The notes below the pieces were generated by a model, which worked only from the letters and a program-made list of their open reading frames with translations, ran no database searches and was not told the origin of the DNA. From contig NC_068995.1 of the NCBI RefSeq assembly GCF_001194135.2, positions 52,142,343 through 52,184,929 of the forward strand: DNA of 42,587 nucleotides. The letters are read 5' to 3'. A program made the translations under genes and the position numbers. How positions within the stretch are numbered: position 1 is the stretch's first letter; each line of letters opens with the position of its first letter. Shown here one piece after another: positions 11,001-22,040 of this stretch. The stretch comes from Octopus bimaculoides (taxonomy: Eukaryota).

Positions 11001-13157
11001 ATTAGAGATAAGAGATAATAAAAAATGTAAAATAATGATTTATGACCAGGAGTCCAATAAATTCGATAAGCAGTTACGAATGTAGGAACGAGTACAAATT
11101 ATCGATGACATCACGACAAGCCAGCGACGTCATGATACGCTTAATCAAGCAATCGATCCCTTAATTGGTCAGTAAGTTAATTAGATTGGCTAATGATAAT
11201 TAAAGAAACTGCAATAGAACCAGTTCGTGTGTTTATCGACGCCAAAATATACACAACGTCTGTTAAAACATACGATTTCACACCAAAAGTCTTGCGACAA
11301 AATAGAAAAACGATGTTTGAAAGTTAATACTCGCGATTTAAGAAAATATAAAAGACAATGACAAGAAATGAAAAAAATTACGAACAGAAAAAACGAAAAA
11401 AAACATCCAAAAATGGAGAGTGTTTATGATTATATATACCTCTTTGAATTAAAACTGTTTTTCTTTCTACTTGTTTGCTGTAAAAAATAAGGAGAACTGA
11501 ATCAACGAAGGCTTAGAATGTTAATTGTGAAATTTAGATTTGAAATGTTGAATAACGGGAAACGCGATATCATTGGTCCCCGCGAAACTGGGTAATTTGG
11601 GTAATTTGTTTTGTCTATGTTTTGTATTTTTTATTTGTTTGTTTTTCTTACATATTTTTTCAACAGTTCTGGCGTTATGTGTATGTGCTTGTATGTGTGT
11701 ATATCTGTGTGCGTGTGAGTTTACAAAATACACGTTCGCGTTTGTGTATTTGTGTTCGTATGTGTATATATTTGTGTATTTGTGTTCGTGTACGCCTGTG
11801 CTTTTAAATGCTTATGTGTGCCGCTGTTAATACTCGCACAGACATATATAAACACAGACACACGCTAACATATATATGTATGTCATTGTTCAGTTTTATT
11901 TCAAGATTTCTTGCCAATAGAGGAAGAACCAGTTTCAAATCTAGATCCAAGGTTCCTTTATTAGAATTTCAGCATCAACAACAGGGTATCTTTGTTTGTA
12001 CTTACGTATGTATGTATGTATGAATGTATTGACAGGCTGGAATATCGCCGAAAACGGTGTTATTAACACTATACTGTCACCGAAACATCATCTAAACTAT
12101 CACCACTTCTGATTATCAACTCATAAAAACATTCCGTTTGTTTCTTAACACGTTGCCTTTATTTTGCTTTGTCAGCCATTGTCCTGTCTATAGATTTAGT
12201 CTTAATTAAGATTATCGTGTGAGGTTGCCACATTAATTTTGTTAACCCTTCGAGGCCGCAGTCCAATGACTAAAACAAGTAGAAAGTAAAGGTATCATTT
12301 TTTATCTTATACCGTTTACTTGTTTTATTCGCTGGACTGCAACCATTCTGGGGCACCGCATCGAAGGTTTTAGTCGAGTAAATCGACTCCAGTATATTTT
12401 TATAACCTGGAACTTATTCTATCAGTGTTCTTTCCGAATTTCTAAGTGATAGGGACGTAAACAAACCAACGCTGGTTGTCAAGCGGTGCTGGGACGTGGA
12501 CACACGCACACACACACACACACGTCAGGCTTCTTTCAGTGTTCTCCTACTCACAAGGCGGCGGTATTGTTTTCACTCGTGTTTGTTTCTTTCTTTGCTT
12601 GTCTGTGGACAAGTTATCAACAACAACAGACATGGCCGCTTTTCTATACCAGTACAACCGAAGTCGTTATTAAACTCTACAAACAAGACATATATAATCC
12701 AGATATTCACACTCCTCATTTCGTCTAACTACTACAACTGACTCGCTCTCATTAATGCCATCATATTCTGCTGCTCTCATCATTATCACAGCTATATACT
12801 AAAAAGATCAACAGCCACAGTCACTTCTCAATTCTAGCACAGTTGATGACCTATTAAACAACAGTCTCTAGCGTTTCTCAACAGTCAAGCTACTCAAAAT
12901 CCTCTCAAAATAACACAAGAGATCGTCACCATTGTTGTCCTATCCTACTGTTATTATCATCACCACTCCTACAGTTTCATTTAATGAAGAATTATTTCTC
13001 CCTCCTCCTCCTCCTCCTCCTCCTCCTCCTCCCCTTCCCCACCATCACACTCTAGTATTAGGTAAGCCTCATTTATCAATGGGCAGATAAAAGCAATATG
13101 AAATTTAGTACATCAAAATTTCAGATTCTGCAATACAGAGGGTACACGTACAAATCG

Positions 13158-13388
13158 TGTGGAGGCGCGTGGCCTAGTGGTTAGGGTGTCAGCACCATGA
13201 TCGTAAGATTGTGGTTTCGATTCATTTCACGTTGCTCCAGTCCACTCAGCTGGCAACAATGAGTAACGCTGCGAGGGACTGGCGTCCCGTCCTGCTCGGG
13301 AACGCATACGCCATTGAAACCGGGAAACCGGGCCCATGAGCCTGGCTATAGGCTTTGAAAAGGGCGCATTTATTATTTTTTTTTTTAT
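13158..13388 (+). mobile_element. tRNA-derived SINE family C with target-site duplication
   Basis: A box TGGCCTAGTGG, B box GGTTTCGATTC, T-rich tail. Flanks are ACGTACAAATCG (13146-13157) and ACATACAAATCA (13389-13400), which differ only at two CpG positions. Confidence 0.85.
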
Positions 13389-13567
13389 ACATACAAATCA
13401 CATTATTTAACACAGTGGTTCAGCATGCTAATGGCATACATGTAATTATGTCAAATGAGGTATCTTTCGTGAGGTACATCACCAAATTGACCTCTAAATG
13501 CAAACATTTCATAGGATAGATTCAACAAACCTTTGTGACAAAAGAACCGACAGTTAAGTTAACTCTA

Positions 13568-13645
13568 TGGAAAACCCTAGCTCTGAGCAAATTAGACTAC
13601 TGCTTGCAGCTTTGGTCTCCTGTCTCATCACAGAGCGCTGGAGAC
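13568..13645 (+). mobile_element. CR1/L2-type LINE ORF2 C-terminal fragment
   Basis: The frame from 13568 reads WKTLALSKLDYCLQLWSP, resembling the conserved L(D/E)YC..xWSP post-RT motif. Confidence 0.6.
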
Positions 13646-13719
13646 GCAGAGTAACTGTGCATGCGGCTATTGACAACACTGTTGTGTTTGTTGTGCATGC
13701 GCCTGCGCCTGCCCCTACC

Positions 13720-14092
13720 CGCGCCTCACTGCCACGCTCAGTCCTGTATGCCGAGTTGTGCAATGGATGTCACAAACATCCGTGAGTGGTGTAGGGAATT
13801 TGCAGCTGGGTGTATTGAAATTCATGACGAAGAATCAAGCGGGTGGCCATCAATTCCCGACGAGACAGTCGCGAAGTTTGAGCAAATCCTGCGTGAAAAT
13901 CAGCGGAACACTCTCGATGATCTCCTCATTTTGGTTCCTGAGGTTTCCCAAAGCACCATTCATAGGGTTTTGAGTGAAAAGTGGCAATATCGGAAGGTGT
14001 GCGCAAGATGAGTCCCACGAATGCTCACAGAAGACCACACACGGCAACCCACCTTATAGTCCGGACTTGGTACCCAGTGACTACCACCTGTT
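13720..14092 (+). mobile_element. Mariner transposase pseudogene with internal deletion, running into a gap
   Basis: IREWCREF..IHDEESSGWPS..TIHRVLSEKWQYRKVCAR*VPRMLTEDH (WVPR motif with W changed to TGA), then PPYSPDLVPSDYHL directly, so most of the catalytic DD region is deleted. Confidence 0.9.
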
Positions 14093-15169
14093 NNNNNNNN
14101 NNNNNNNNNNNNNNNNNNNNNNNNNNNNNNNNNNNNNNNNNNNNNNNNNNNNNNNNNNNNNNNNNNNNNNNNNNNNNNNNNNNNNNNNNNNNNNNNNNNN
14201 NNNNNNNNNNNNNNNNNNNNNNNNNNNNNNNNNNNNNNNNNNNNNNNNNNNNNNNNNNNNNNNNNNNNNNNNNNNNNNNNNNNNNNNNNNNNNNNNNNNN
14301 NNNNNNNNNNNNNNNNNNNNNNNNNNNNNNNNNNNNNNNNNNNNNNNNNNNNNNNNNNNNNNNNNNNNNNNNNNNNNNNNNNNNNNNNNNNNNNNNNNNN
14401 NNNNNNNNNNNNNNNNNNNNNNNNNNNNNNNNNNNNNNNNNNNNNNNNNNNNNNNNNNNNNNNNNNNNNNNNNNNNNNNNNNNNNNNNNNNNNNNNNNNN
14501 NNNNNNNNNNNNNNNNNNNNNNNNNNNNNNNNNNNNNNNNNNNNNNNNNNNNNNNNNNNNNNNNNNNNNNNNNNNNNNNNNNNNNNNNNNNNNNNNNNNN
14601 NNNNNNNNNNNNNNNNNNNNNNNNNNNNNNNNNNNNNNNNNNNNNNNNNNNNNNNNNNNNNNNNNNNNNNNNNNNNNNNNNNNNNNNNNNNNNNNNNNNN
14701 NNNNNNNNNNNNNNNNNNNNNNNNNNNNNNNNNNNNNNNNNNNNNNNNNNNNNNNNNNNNNNNNNNNNNNNNNNNNNNNNNNNNNNNNNNNNNNNNNNNN
14801 NNNNNNNNNNNNNNNNNNNNNNNNNNNNNNNNNNNNNNNNNNNNNNNNNNNNNNNNNNNNNNNNNNNNNNNNNNNNNNNNNNNNNNNNNNNNNNNNNNNN
14901 NNNNNNNNNNNNNNNNNNNNNNNNNNNNNNNNNNNNNNNNNNNNNNNNNNNNNNNNNNNNNNNNNNNNNNNNNNNNNNNNNNNNNNNNNNNNNNNACCTC
15001 GCGGCAGGAGGTGCAAATGAGAGTTGCTAAATCAAACTCCATTCTTCACCAAGTGCCACATATTGTAAGAGGCTCCCTGTAATAACAGTGTAGCAACACG
15101 GTGGTGCATCAGCATGGCCGCAGCTCTGAGCTGAAACTTTGAAATGAAATGAAATGAAATGAAATGCAT

Positions 15170-15332
15170 ATATACGACGGGCTTCTTTCAGTTTCCGTCT
15201 ACCAAATTCACTCACAAGGCTTTGGTCGGCCCGAGGCTATAGTAGAAGATACTTGCCCAAGGTGCCACGCAGTGGGAATGAACCCGGAACCATGTGGTTG
15301 GTAAGCAAGCTATTTACCACACAGCCACTACA
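15170..15332 (-). mobile_element. SINE family A, 5' half
   Basis: Reverse complement of the family A head. Confidence 0.85.
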
Positions 15333-15828
15333 GCGCTTTATCTTAATTTTTTTTTTTCTTATCTTTATTGTTTGCTTCATAGAATAGGAATTCCAATTCT
15401 GATTTTTTTTTTTCAAACGTTATTCGTTTTTGACCTTCACTTCCGTGTGTGTGTTTTTTTCTTTCTTTCTATTATCTCTATATGGTAATAATAGCAACTC
15501 CAAAATTCCGTCTTAAACTTTACTTATATTACATATTATACATTTTACTATCGTTCGTGTAGCTTGAAAGTTTGGGAACTATTTTCTTATAGGTTGAGCG
15601 ACCATGCCTAATGTATTGTATATGCTTCCACGTTAGCTCTAATGCTAGTTGTATTTTCATATATTCTTTAATTCTATTTCATAACACAAAATTTCATCAA
15701 ATGATATAACCGGTAATGTTTGCATATGGGGATGTTTTTTGCTGAATCACCGTTTCCGTGTAAATCTATTTCTTGAGTTGGTGTTTATAATCTGTTCATC
15801 GATGAAAATAAAACCAATCACATGAGAA

Positions 15829-15927
15829 ATGAGTCTACCATTGTTGACAATACGGATTCGAACTGAGACGGAGCAAGACATGGATTGGATGGTTCGACCT
15901 GATCTGATGACGTTTAGACAATCTTTG
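15829..15927 (+). CDS. MAP2K5: MAP2K5 coding exon 1: MSLPLLTIRIRTETEQDMDWMVRPDLMTFRQSL
   Basis: In-frame TGA just upstream (15823-15825); GTGAGT donor at 15928; similar to the PB1 beta1 segment of MEK5 (LVIRIK..DW..FR..L). Confidence 0.85.
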
Positions 15928-15992
15928 GTGAGTGTCTTTTCAATGTAACATTTTACTTGATCAACATGAATGGCAGGAAGAAATGTAGGCGT

Positions 15993-16054
<62 letters not shown>

Positions 16055-16069
16055 TTGTGTGTGTGTGTA

Positions 16070-16196
16070 CAGGGTGTCCACAAAGTCTGGGTACATTGGG
16101 ATTAACTCATGCTTTAAGAAATTATTATTTCTTATATTGAATTGTTTATGTCATGATTTTATTTACTTCATGTACCCAGACTTTGTGGGCACCCTG
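16070..16196. mobile_element. 127-bp Tc1/mariner-type MITE
   Basis: 27-bp TIRs (CAGGGTGYCCACAAAGTCTGGGTACAT, one mismatch) flanked by TA on both sides. Confidence 0.92.
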
Positions 16197-16640
16197 TATA
16201 TACTAACACACACGCACACATCCATAAAATTGTGTGATCGCATCATTTACATGTACAAATATCAAAATAAACATTCGTATGGCATCTAAGCGTATAGGTT
16301 TATGTCCTGGTATGTTTACAAGTTTAGCCCATAAACATTATTACATGTCGATATATTTTCACATGGACTCGCCAACACACACTTCCAATGATATTTTGAT
16401 AACTTTCTTCTCTTTATAATGTGTGTTTAAATTATCGATTTTTTTTTCTTTTTCAAATACTCGTTTATAAACATAAACAAAATAACAGTGAATGGAGAAA
16501 GTCCCTATATTAAATCGAATGTTTAATGTCTTATAACATAGTTTATTCTTAAACAACATTCCCTTTGAATGTATGTAAATGATTTGAAGGTTATTTTATC
16601 CAGCCAGTTGCTAGAATTCATCTAAAGCAATGGTTCTCAG

Positions 16641-16644
<4 letters not shown>

Positions 16645-16705
<61 letters not shown>
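16645..16705. repeat. (TG)n microsatellite
   Basis: Pure TG run. Confidence 0.95.
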
Positions 16706-16706
<1 letters not shown>

Positions 16707-16971
16707 CTATGGACCCCTTCGATTCCTATTTCACTCCACTGGACCCTCATAGCCATTTGATGTCTTAAAAATCTTATATCTTCGTCTTGTGATATAGTGC
16801 CATGAAAAATGCGCCGCCCAATACACTGTAGAGTGATTGGCAACAGGAAGAGAATCCAGCTATAGAAACCATTACGAAATAGATTTTGGGGGCGCAATTC
16901 CATCTTCCAGTCTGGCACATCCTGTGAACCATCTAGCCCACATTTCAGCATGGAAATTCAACATTAAAAGA

Positions 16972-16989
16972 TCATCATCATCATCGTTG

Positions 16990-17041
<52 letters not shown>
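16972..17041. repeat. (CAT)n microsatellite
   Basis: Tandem CAT run with one interruption. Confidence 0.95.
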
Positions 17042-17042
<1 letters not shown>

Positions 17043-17479
17043 TGCAGCATCGATATGAAGTAAATTACTGCAGTGCTGAAGCAGTCTTCAACTGCAGTTA
17101 GAACAATACAACAAATGCATGTATTTTATGCAGCCTTATTGTAAAAAAATTCAGAGCTGCACCATTATTGTACATAAATTATCATTTACCAATGTTTTAT
17201 CTGTAGAGGGAAGTGATTCCATTACTGTGAAACCTACAAGACTCTTGATAGCTTAGTTAAAAGAGGAGAGACGGGGTCCAGTGTTTCAGAGATTGATAAG
17301 AGGAATGGAAGAAGATAACTTCAGATCAGACACTTTGCCCAAATGGTTGCACTTGGTAAAAACACAAGTGTAATAATAATTGGGTATCCTTCTGCCAGTA
17401 TATTGGATAGATATTATCCCTTAGTGGGTTGGATTCACAACCCCTAACTTTCTTGGATTATATATATATTTATATACAA

Positions 17480-17641
17480 CAGGCTTCTTTCAGTTTCCGT
17501 CTACCAAATCCACTCACAAGGCTTTTGATCGGCCCGAGGCTATAGTAGGAGACACTTGCCCAAGGTGCACGAAGTGGGACTGAACCCATAACCATGTGGT
17601 TGGTAAGCAAGCTACTTACCACACAGCCACTCCTGCGCCTA
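17480..17641 (-). mobile_element. SINE family A, 5' half
   Basis: Reverse complement of the family A head. Confidence 0.85.
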
Positions 17642-17770
17642 TGTAAATTAACTTAAAATTTTGATGGATGGTTTTAATTTATAAGACTGAAGACAGTCTC
17701 AGACAGGTTGGTATCAAAGGGGTTAAATTATGTTAGTCAAGCGGAACAACAGCACACACGAGGATGGAAG

Positions 17771-17817
17771 TGTCGCTGAAGAGGTCACAGATGTGTGACG
17801 AAAGATTTCCGGACAAT
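17771..17817 (+). ncRNA. Minimal type-I hammerhead ribozyme candidate in MAP2K5 intron 1
   Basis: TGTCG-CTGAAGA-G-GTCACA(GATG)TGTGAC-GAAA-GATT-TC-CGGACA: intact core, 6-bp stem II, self-complementary stem III, bulged stem I. Confidence 0.65.
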
Positions 17818-17976
17818 GGATATGAGTTAGAATAAGAACAGTAATAAACGAGTGAAGAACGAATATAAATTATATTAATTATATTACTAATCACTTTGAA
17901 TACTCTAATATACTCTGTGTTGTGCATAAATGTGTGTGCACACTTTCACTTATCTCTTTTGTCTTATCTTACGCAG

Positions 17977-18025
17977 GAAGTGATCGGTAACGTGTTACAG
18001 AATAAATCACTGACAGCATTTGATT
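17977..18025 (+). CDS. MAP2K5: MAP2K5 exon 2 (49 nt): EVIGNVLQNKSLTAFD(Y)
   Basis: Pyrimidine tract and CAG acceptor; GTGAGT donor; matches MEK5 DVIGQVL..TAFEY. Confidence 0.93.
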
Positions 18026-18269
18026 GTGAGTTGTCTCCCTTCTTGAACACTCTTCTCCTTTTCTTAAAACGATTAATCATTAATCCAACTTCCTTTTCAG
18101 TTTTTTTTTTTTTGTTTTTTTGTTTGGGGTTTTTTTTTGCCTTTTGCTTAATGGTGAAAAGGCAACAGTCATGATTTATGTCAGACCTTCTCATTTTAGG
18201 GGCCATCAGAAAGAGGGTGGCAGCTGGGGGCGAACCGTAGTTAGCAGTACATCGTTTCTTTCTTTCCTT

Positions 18270-18500
18270 TTATTCTTTTACTTCTTTCAGTCATTTGATT
18301 GCGGCCATGCTGGAGCACTGCCTTTAGTCGAACAAATCGACTCCAGGACTTATTCTTTGTAAGCCTAGTACTTATTCTATCGGTTCCTTTTGCCAAACCG
18401 CTAATTGACGTGGACGTAAACATACCAACATCGGTTGTCAACTGATGGTGGGGTTACAAACACAGACAAAAATAAACACATACATACATATATATATATA
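18270..18500 (-). mobile_element. SINE family A, 3' half
   Basis: Reverse complement of the family A tail. Confidence 0.85.
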
Positions 18501-18721
18501 TATCAACAGAGGAGTCCAGTGTAATCTATGGGCAGAAGAGGTGCAGCTGAAGGGTAGTAGAAAGTTCAGGTAGAGAATCCGAAAAAGAGGAGACAGGATC
18601 AACCGGTGCGACCACATGAGCATGTAATGTATGGGGAGAATTCACAAAAATACAAAAGACGAAGACAGGTGGTGTAGACAACAAACAGGTGTATTAGTTT
18701 AATGCTCGGGAAGTGAAAAAG

Positions 18722-18759
18722 TCTTTAATGTTTCGAGCCTACGCTCTTCCACAGAAAGA
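18722..18759 (-). ncRNA. Degenerate minimal type-I hammerhead motif inside a probable Penelope-like terminal remnant
   Basis: Minus strand TCTTT-CTGTGGA-A-GAGC(GTAG)GCTC-GAAA-CAT-T-AAAGA: stems I and II pair; core A6 is replaced by U. Confidence 0.5.
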
Positions 18760-19879
18760 AACAAGGAGAGAAAATAAAGAATGTGTAGTGGCTAGCGATT
18801 TATCATGGCGAATGCTGGACAGAGGGTCACACAGGAGAGCTAGGAAGAAAGGGAGATAATAAAGTAGTCGTGATCCCAAAACGAAGGTGTGCGTGCATGT
18901 GTATAAGAGAGTATGTATGTGCGTGGAAGAGGGCTGGTGACCTTGATGTGTTTGTATGTGTAGGTGTGAGGATGTGGGGCTGGGAAGTGGTCAGTGCTAG
19001 TGTGTGCGTGGTGGTGTGATGTAATGTGTGGAAGAGGGCCGGTGGTGGTGGTGATGATGATGATGAAGAGAGAAACCTTTTGTTGCCAACAGATGTTATG
19101 TTTCTTGAACTTTATCTATTTTGTCCGTAATCTTGCTACTTTCCTTCTCAACTACTTCCACCCACCTCCATGTGACATCAACATGGGTGCTGTTTATGTG
19201 GTACAAGCATAAGGTGGTTTTTATGTNNNNNNNNNNNNNNNNNNNNNNNNNNNNNNNNNNNNNNNNNNNNNNNNNNNNNNNNNNNNNNNNNNNNNNNNNN
19301 NNNNNNNNNNNNNNNNNNNNNNNNNNNNNNNNNNNNNNNNNNNNNNNNNNNNNNNNNNNNNNNNNNNNNNNNNNNNNNNNNNNNNNNNNNNNNNNNNNNN
19401 NNNNNNNNNNNNNNNNNNNNNNNNNNNNNNNNNNNNNNNNNNNNNNNNNNNNNNNNNNNNNNNNNNNNNNNNNNNNNNNNNNNNNNNNNNNNNNNNNNNN
19501 NNNNNNNNNNNNNNNNNNNNNNNNNNNNNNNNNNNNNNNNNNNNNNNNNNNNNNNNNNNNNNNNNNNNNNNNNNNNNNNNNNNNNNNNNNNNNNNNNNNN
19601 NNNNNNNNNNNNNNNNNNNNNNNNNNNNNNNNNNNNNNNNNNNNNNNNNNNNNNNNNNNNNNNNNNNNNNNNNNNNNNNNNNNNNNNNNNNNNNNNNNNN
19701 NNNNNNNNNNNNNNNNNNNNNNNNNNNNNNNNNNNNNNNNNNNNNNNNNNNNNNNNNNNNNNNNNNNNNNNNNNNNNNNNNNNNNNNNNNNNNNNNNNNN
19801 NNNNNNNNNNNNNNNNNNNNNNNNNNNNNNNNNNNNNNNNNNNNNNNNNNNNNNNTATATATATATATATATATATATA

Positions 19880-20130
19880 TATCCTCATCATTTAAAATCC
19901 ATTATCCACGGTGGTTGAACGGTTTGACCAAAGCTGGGGAGCTGCACCAGACTCCAGTCTGATTTGGCATGGTTTCTATGACTGGATGCCCTTCCTAACA
20001 CCCACCACTTTAAAGAGTGTTCTGGGTTCTTATACATGGTGCTACATAGGAGTTTTTAAGTGCACCACATGGATGCTTTTATGTGGCACTGCACAGGCAC
20101 TTCTCTGTGACAACCAATTGGGTGTTTTAC
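19880..20130 (+). repeat. Interspersed repeat family E
   Basis: Contains the CTGGATGCCCTTCCTAAC..CCAC motif shared with 27050-27400 and others. Confidence 0.7.
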
Positions 20131-20871
20131 ACCACCAGAGAGACCGGTCTTAACATTTCTGCTGTGGAGTACAGATCTTCTTCAGTCGAACAAGGCATCA
20201 GACATCTCAACCAAATGGAAGTAGCATACAACACGTATAGTTACGGTTATATTCATTGTGAGTAAAAGATTTACTTAGTTCCTCATCTTACATGAAGTTT
20301 TGTGGATGTGAAAACATGTGCATCTCTTCAGAGATTCAACATCAAAGAAGGGGAGAAAAAACCCAAAATAGCTTCTTTATTGCAGAGAGAATTCAAGTCC
20401 TATTGGTTAGTTCTGGTCATGCTGGAGTACTAATAATTCAACAACAGCAGATAATGAGTGGAAACACTTCCAGAGTTAAAGCTGGTCATTAATCCCACTT
20501 AGTTATCAGTGCATATTTGGCATGCCAAAAAAGGCAGTACCATCATGTATAGATAACATTGCTTCCAATATTGCATGTTGCTATAGAAACAAACATGCAT
20601 CTACACAATTTGTACTCACTACTCACCTTTGCAATTGTTGAAATCCTGCCAACTGTCCACTTGGAGTATTACTGCCTCTCAAAGGTCATGGCCAATAGAG
20701 ACACCCTCACATCACCCAATGATATTACAAAACGCTATACAGCCACAGTGACCAGTGACTTCAAGGGGAGATACTCTCAGCATATGCACTCCTTCAGATG
20801 TCAGAACAGGAAAAATTCCAGCTCTTTTGTCCCACCTGCAATATCTTATAAATCTTATTGTTTCTTTACAG

Positions 20872-20941
20872 TATTTCAACAGCCTTAAAGAAGAAGATTT
20901 GGTCCGTGGCCTTCTACCTCCTCTTATTGTTTATCCAAAAG
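20872..20941 (+). CDS. MAP2K5: MAP2K5 exon 4 (70 nt): YFNSLKEEDLVRGLLPPLIVYPK
   Basis: TTTCTTTACAG acceptor; GTATGA donor; PLIVYP matches MEK5 PLQIFP. Confidence 0.9.
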
Positions 20942-21289
20942 GTATGATTGTCACTTATGTTACTTGCTTTTGAAATGAATCCTGTCTCTACTGATTTTAA
21001 CAATGCCTTCAGATTGTTGTGACACAACCTTTTTTATTGTTATGTCTTTATCCGTAGTTAATTCATTTTGCAATCATGAGGTCACATGTTCAATGCTATT
21101 GTGTGATACCTTGGGCTGGCGGGTTTTTTTGTTTTTTTCCATATCCCTGTCTCAGAACCAATTCAGGTGAGTGAAATTGGGTAAGTGGAAACTGTGGAGA
21201 AGCCTTTTGGATGGATTGTATAAGTAATTTGTAGTACCAAACTGTTATAACAGAGGTAGTCACAATGTTTATAGCTTATTGCTACTGGC

Positions 21290-21610
21290 TGTGGTTTGAG
21301 CATTAGGCTCACAATCATGAGATAGTGAGTTCGATTCTCGGACCGGATTGTGTGTTATGTTCTTGAGCAAGACACTTTATTTCACATTACTCCAGTTCAC
21401 TCAGCTGTAGAAATGAGTTGCGATGTGACTGGTGCCAAGCTGTATCGGCCTTTGCCATTCCCTTGGATAACATCGGTGGCATGGAGATGAGAGGCTGGCA
21501 TACATGGACGACTGCTGGTCTTCCATAAACAACCTTGCCCGGACTTATGCCTCAGAGGGGAACTTTCTCCGTGGAATCCCATGGTCATTCATGACCAAAG
21601 GGGGTCTTTA
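21290..21610 (+). mobile_element. tRNA-derived SINE related to family C (CORE-like central domain)
   Basis: B box GAGTTCGATTCTC followed by TTCTTGAGCAAGACACT..CTCCAGTTCACTCAGCTG, shared with 13158 and 28468. Confidence 0.7.
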
Positions 21611-22040
21611 CTATCTAACACATAAAGAGACACGAGGAGCAGCCTAGTGTGAGTCTTTCCTGCAAGTACGCAGCCTCTCTCTCACTCACCAAAACTCCTC
21701 CCCATCATATCCACATCCTCACACTGTAATTCAAAGCTCTACAGTCCAACTTGCCAGGGTATCTCAAAGCGTCAGTGGGTTCTGGAGATACACTTTGCAT
21801 GCCCTCCATGGAGGATATACCCTGGCACTTATCAGTTGCGTCCCTGTTACCCTGTGTGTGAATCCAGGGAGACAAAAGTCTTTGGAGAAAAACAAACTAT
21901 GGCTCTAAAGTATTCGTCTCTCATGCAGTTATGGTCAAACTAGACTTTTGGCGGCATCCTTTGATATGATGTAGTGTATAAAATAATCTACATTTAAAAC
22001 CAGTTGACATTATTTCTTTCTCTAATTTCATGTTTTCTAG

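Noticed and set aside
12026-12060. Further hammerhead-like copy (TTGACAGGCTGGAATATCGCCGAAAACG)
   Set aside because: It resembles the 5108 family but the CTGANGA box is broken and stem II is imperfect; too decayed to call.
16627-16960. hAT-like terminus CAATGGTTCTCAGCC as a complete element
   Set aside because: I found no matching opposite end or target-site duplication.
20186-20257. 72-nt AG..GTGAGT segment as MAP2K5 exon 3
   Set aside because: Length is 3n rather than 3n+2, and there is no similarity to the PB1 acidic motif.
20755-20871. GDTLSICTPSDV, in frame with exon 4, as the missing PB1 exon
   Set aside because: It resembles GDxIxIxSxxD loosely but has no acidic cluster, no pyrimidine tract at the acceptor, would replace the conserved Tyr with Leu, and has no good donor.
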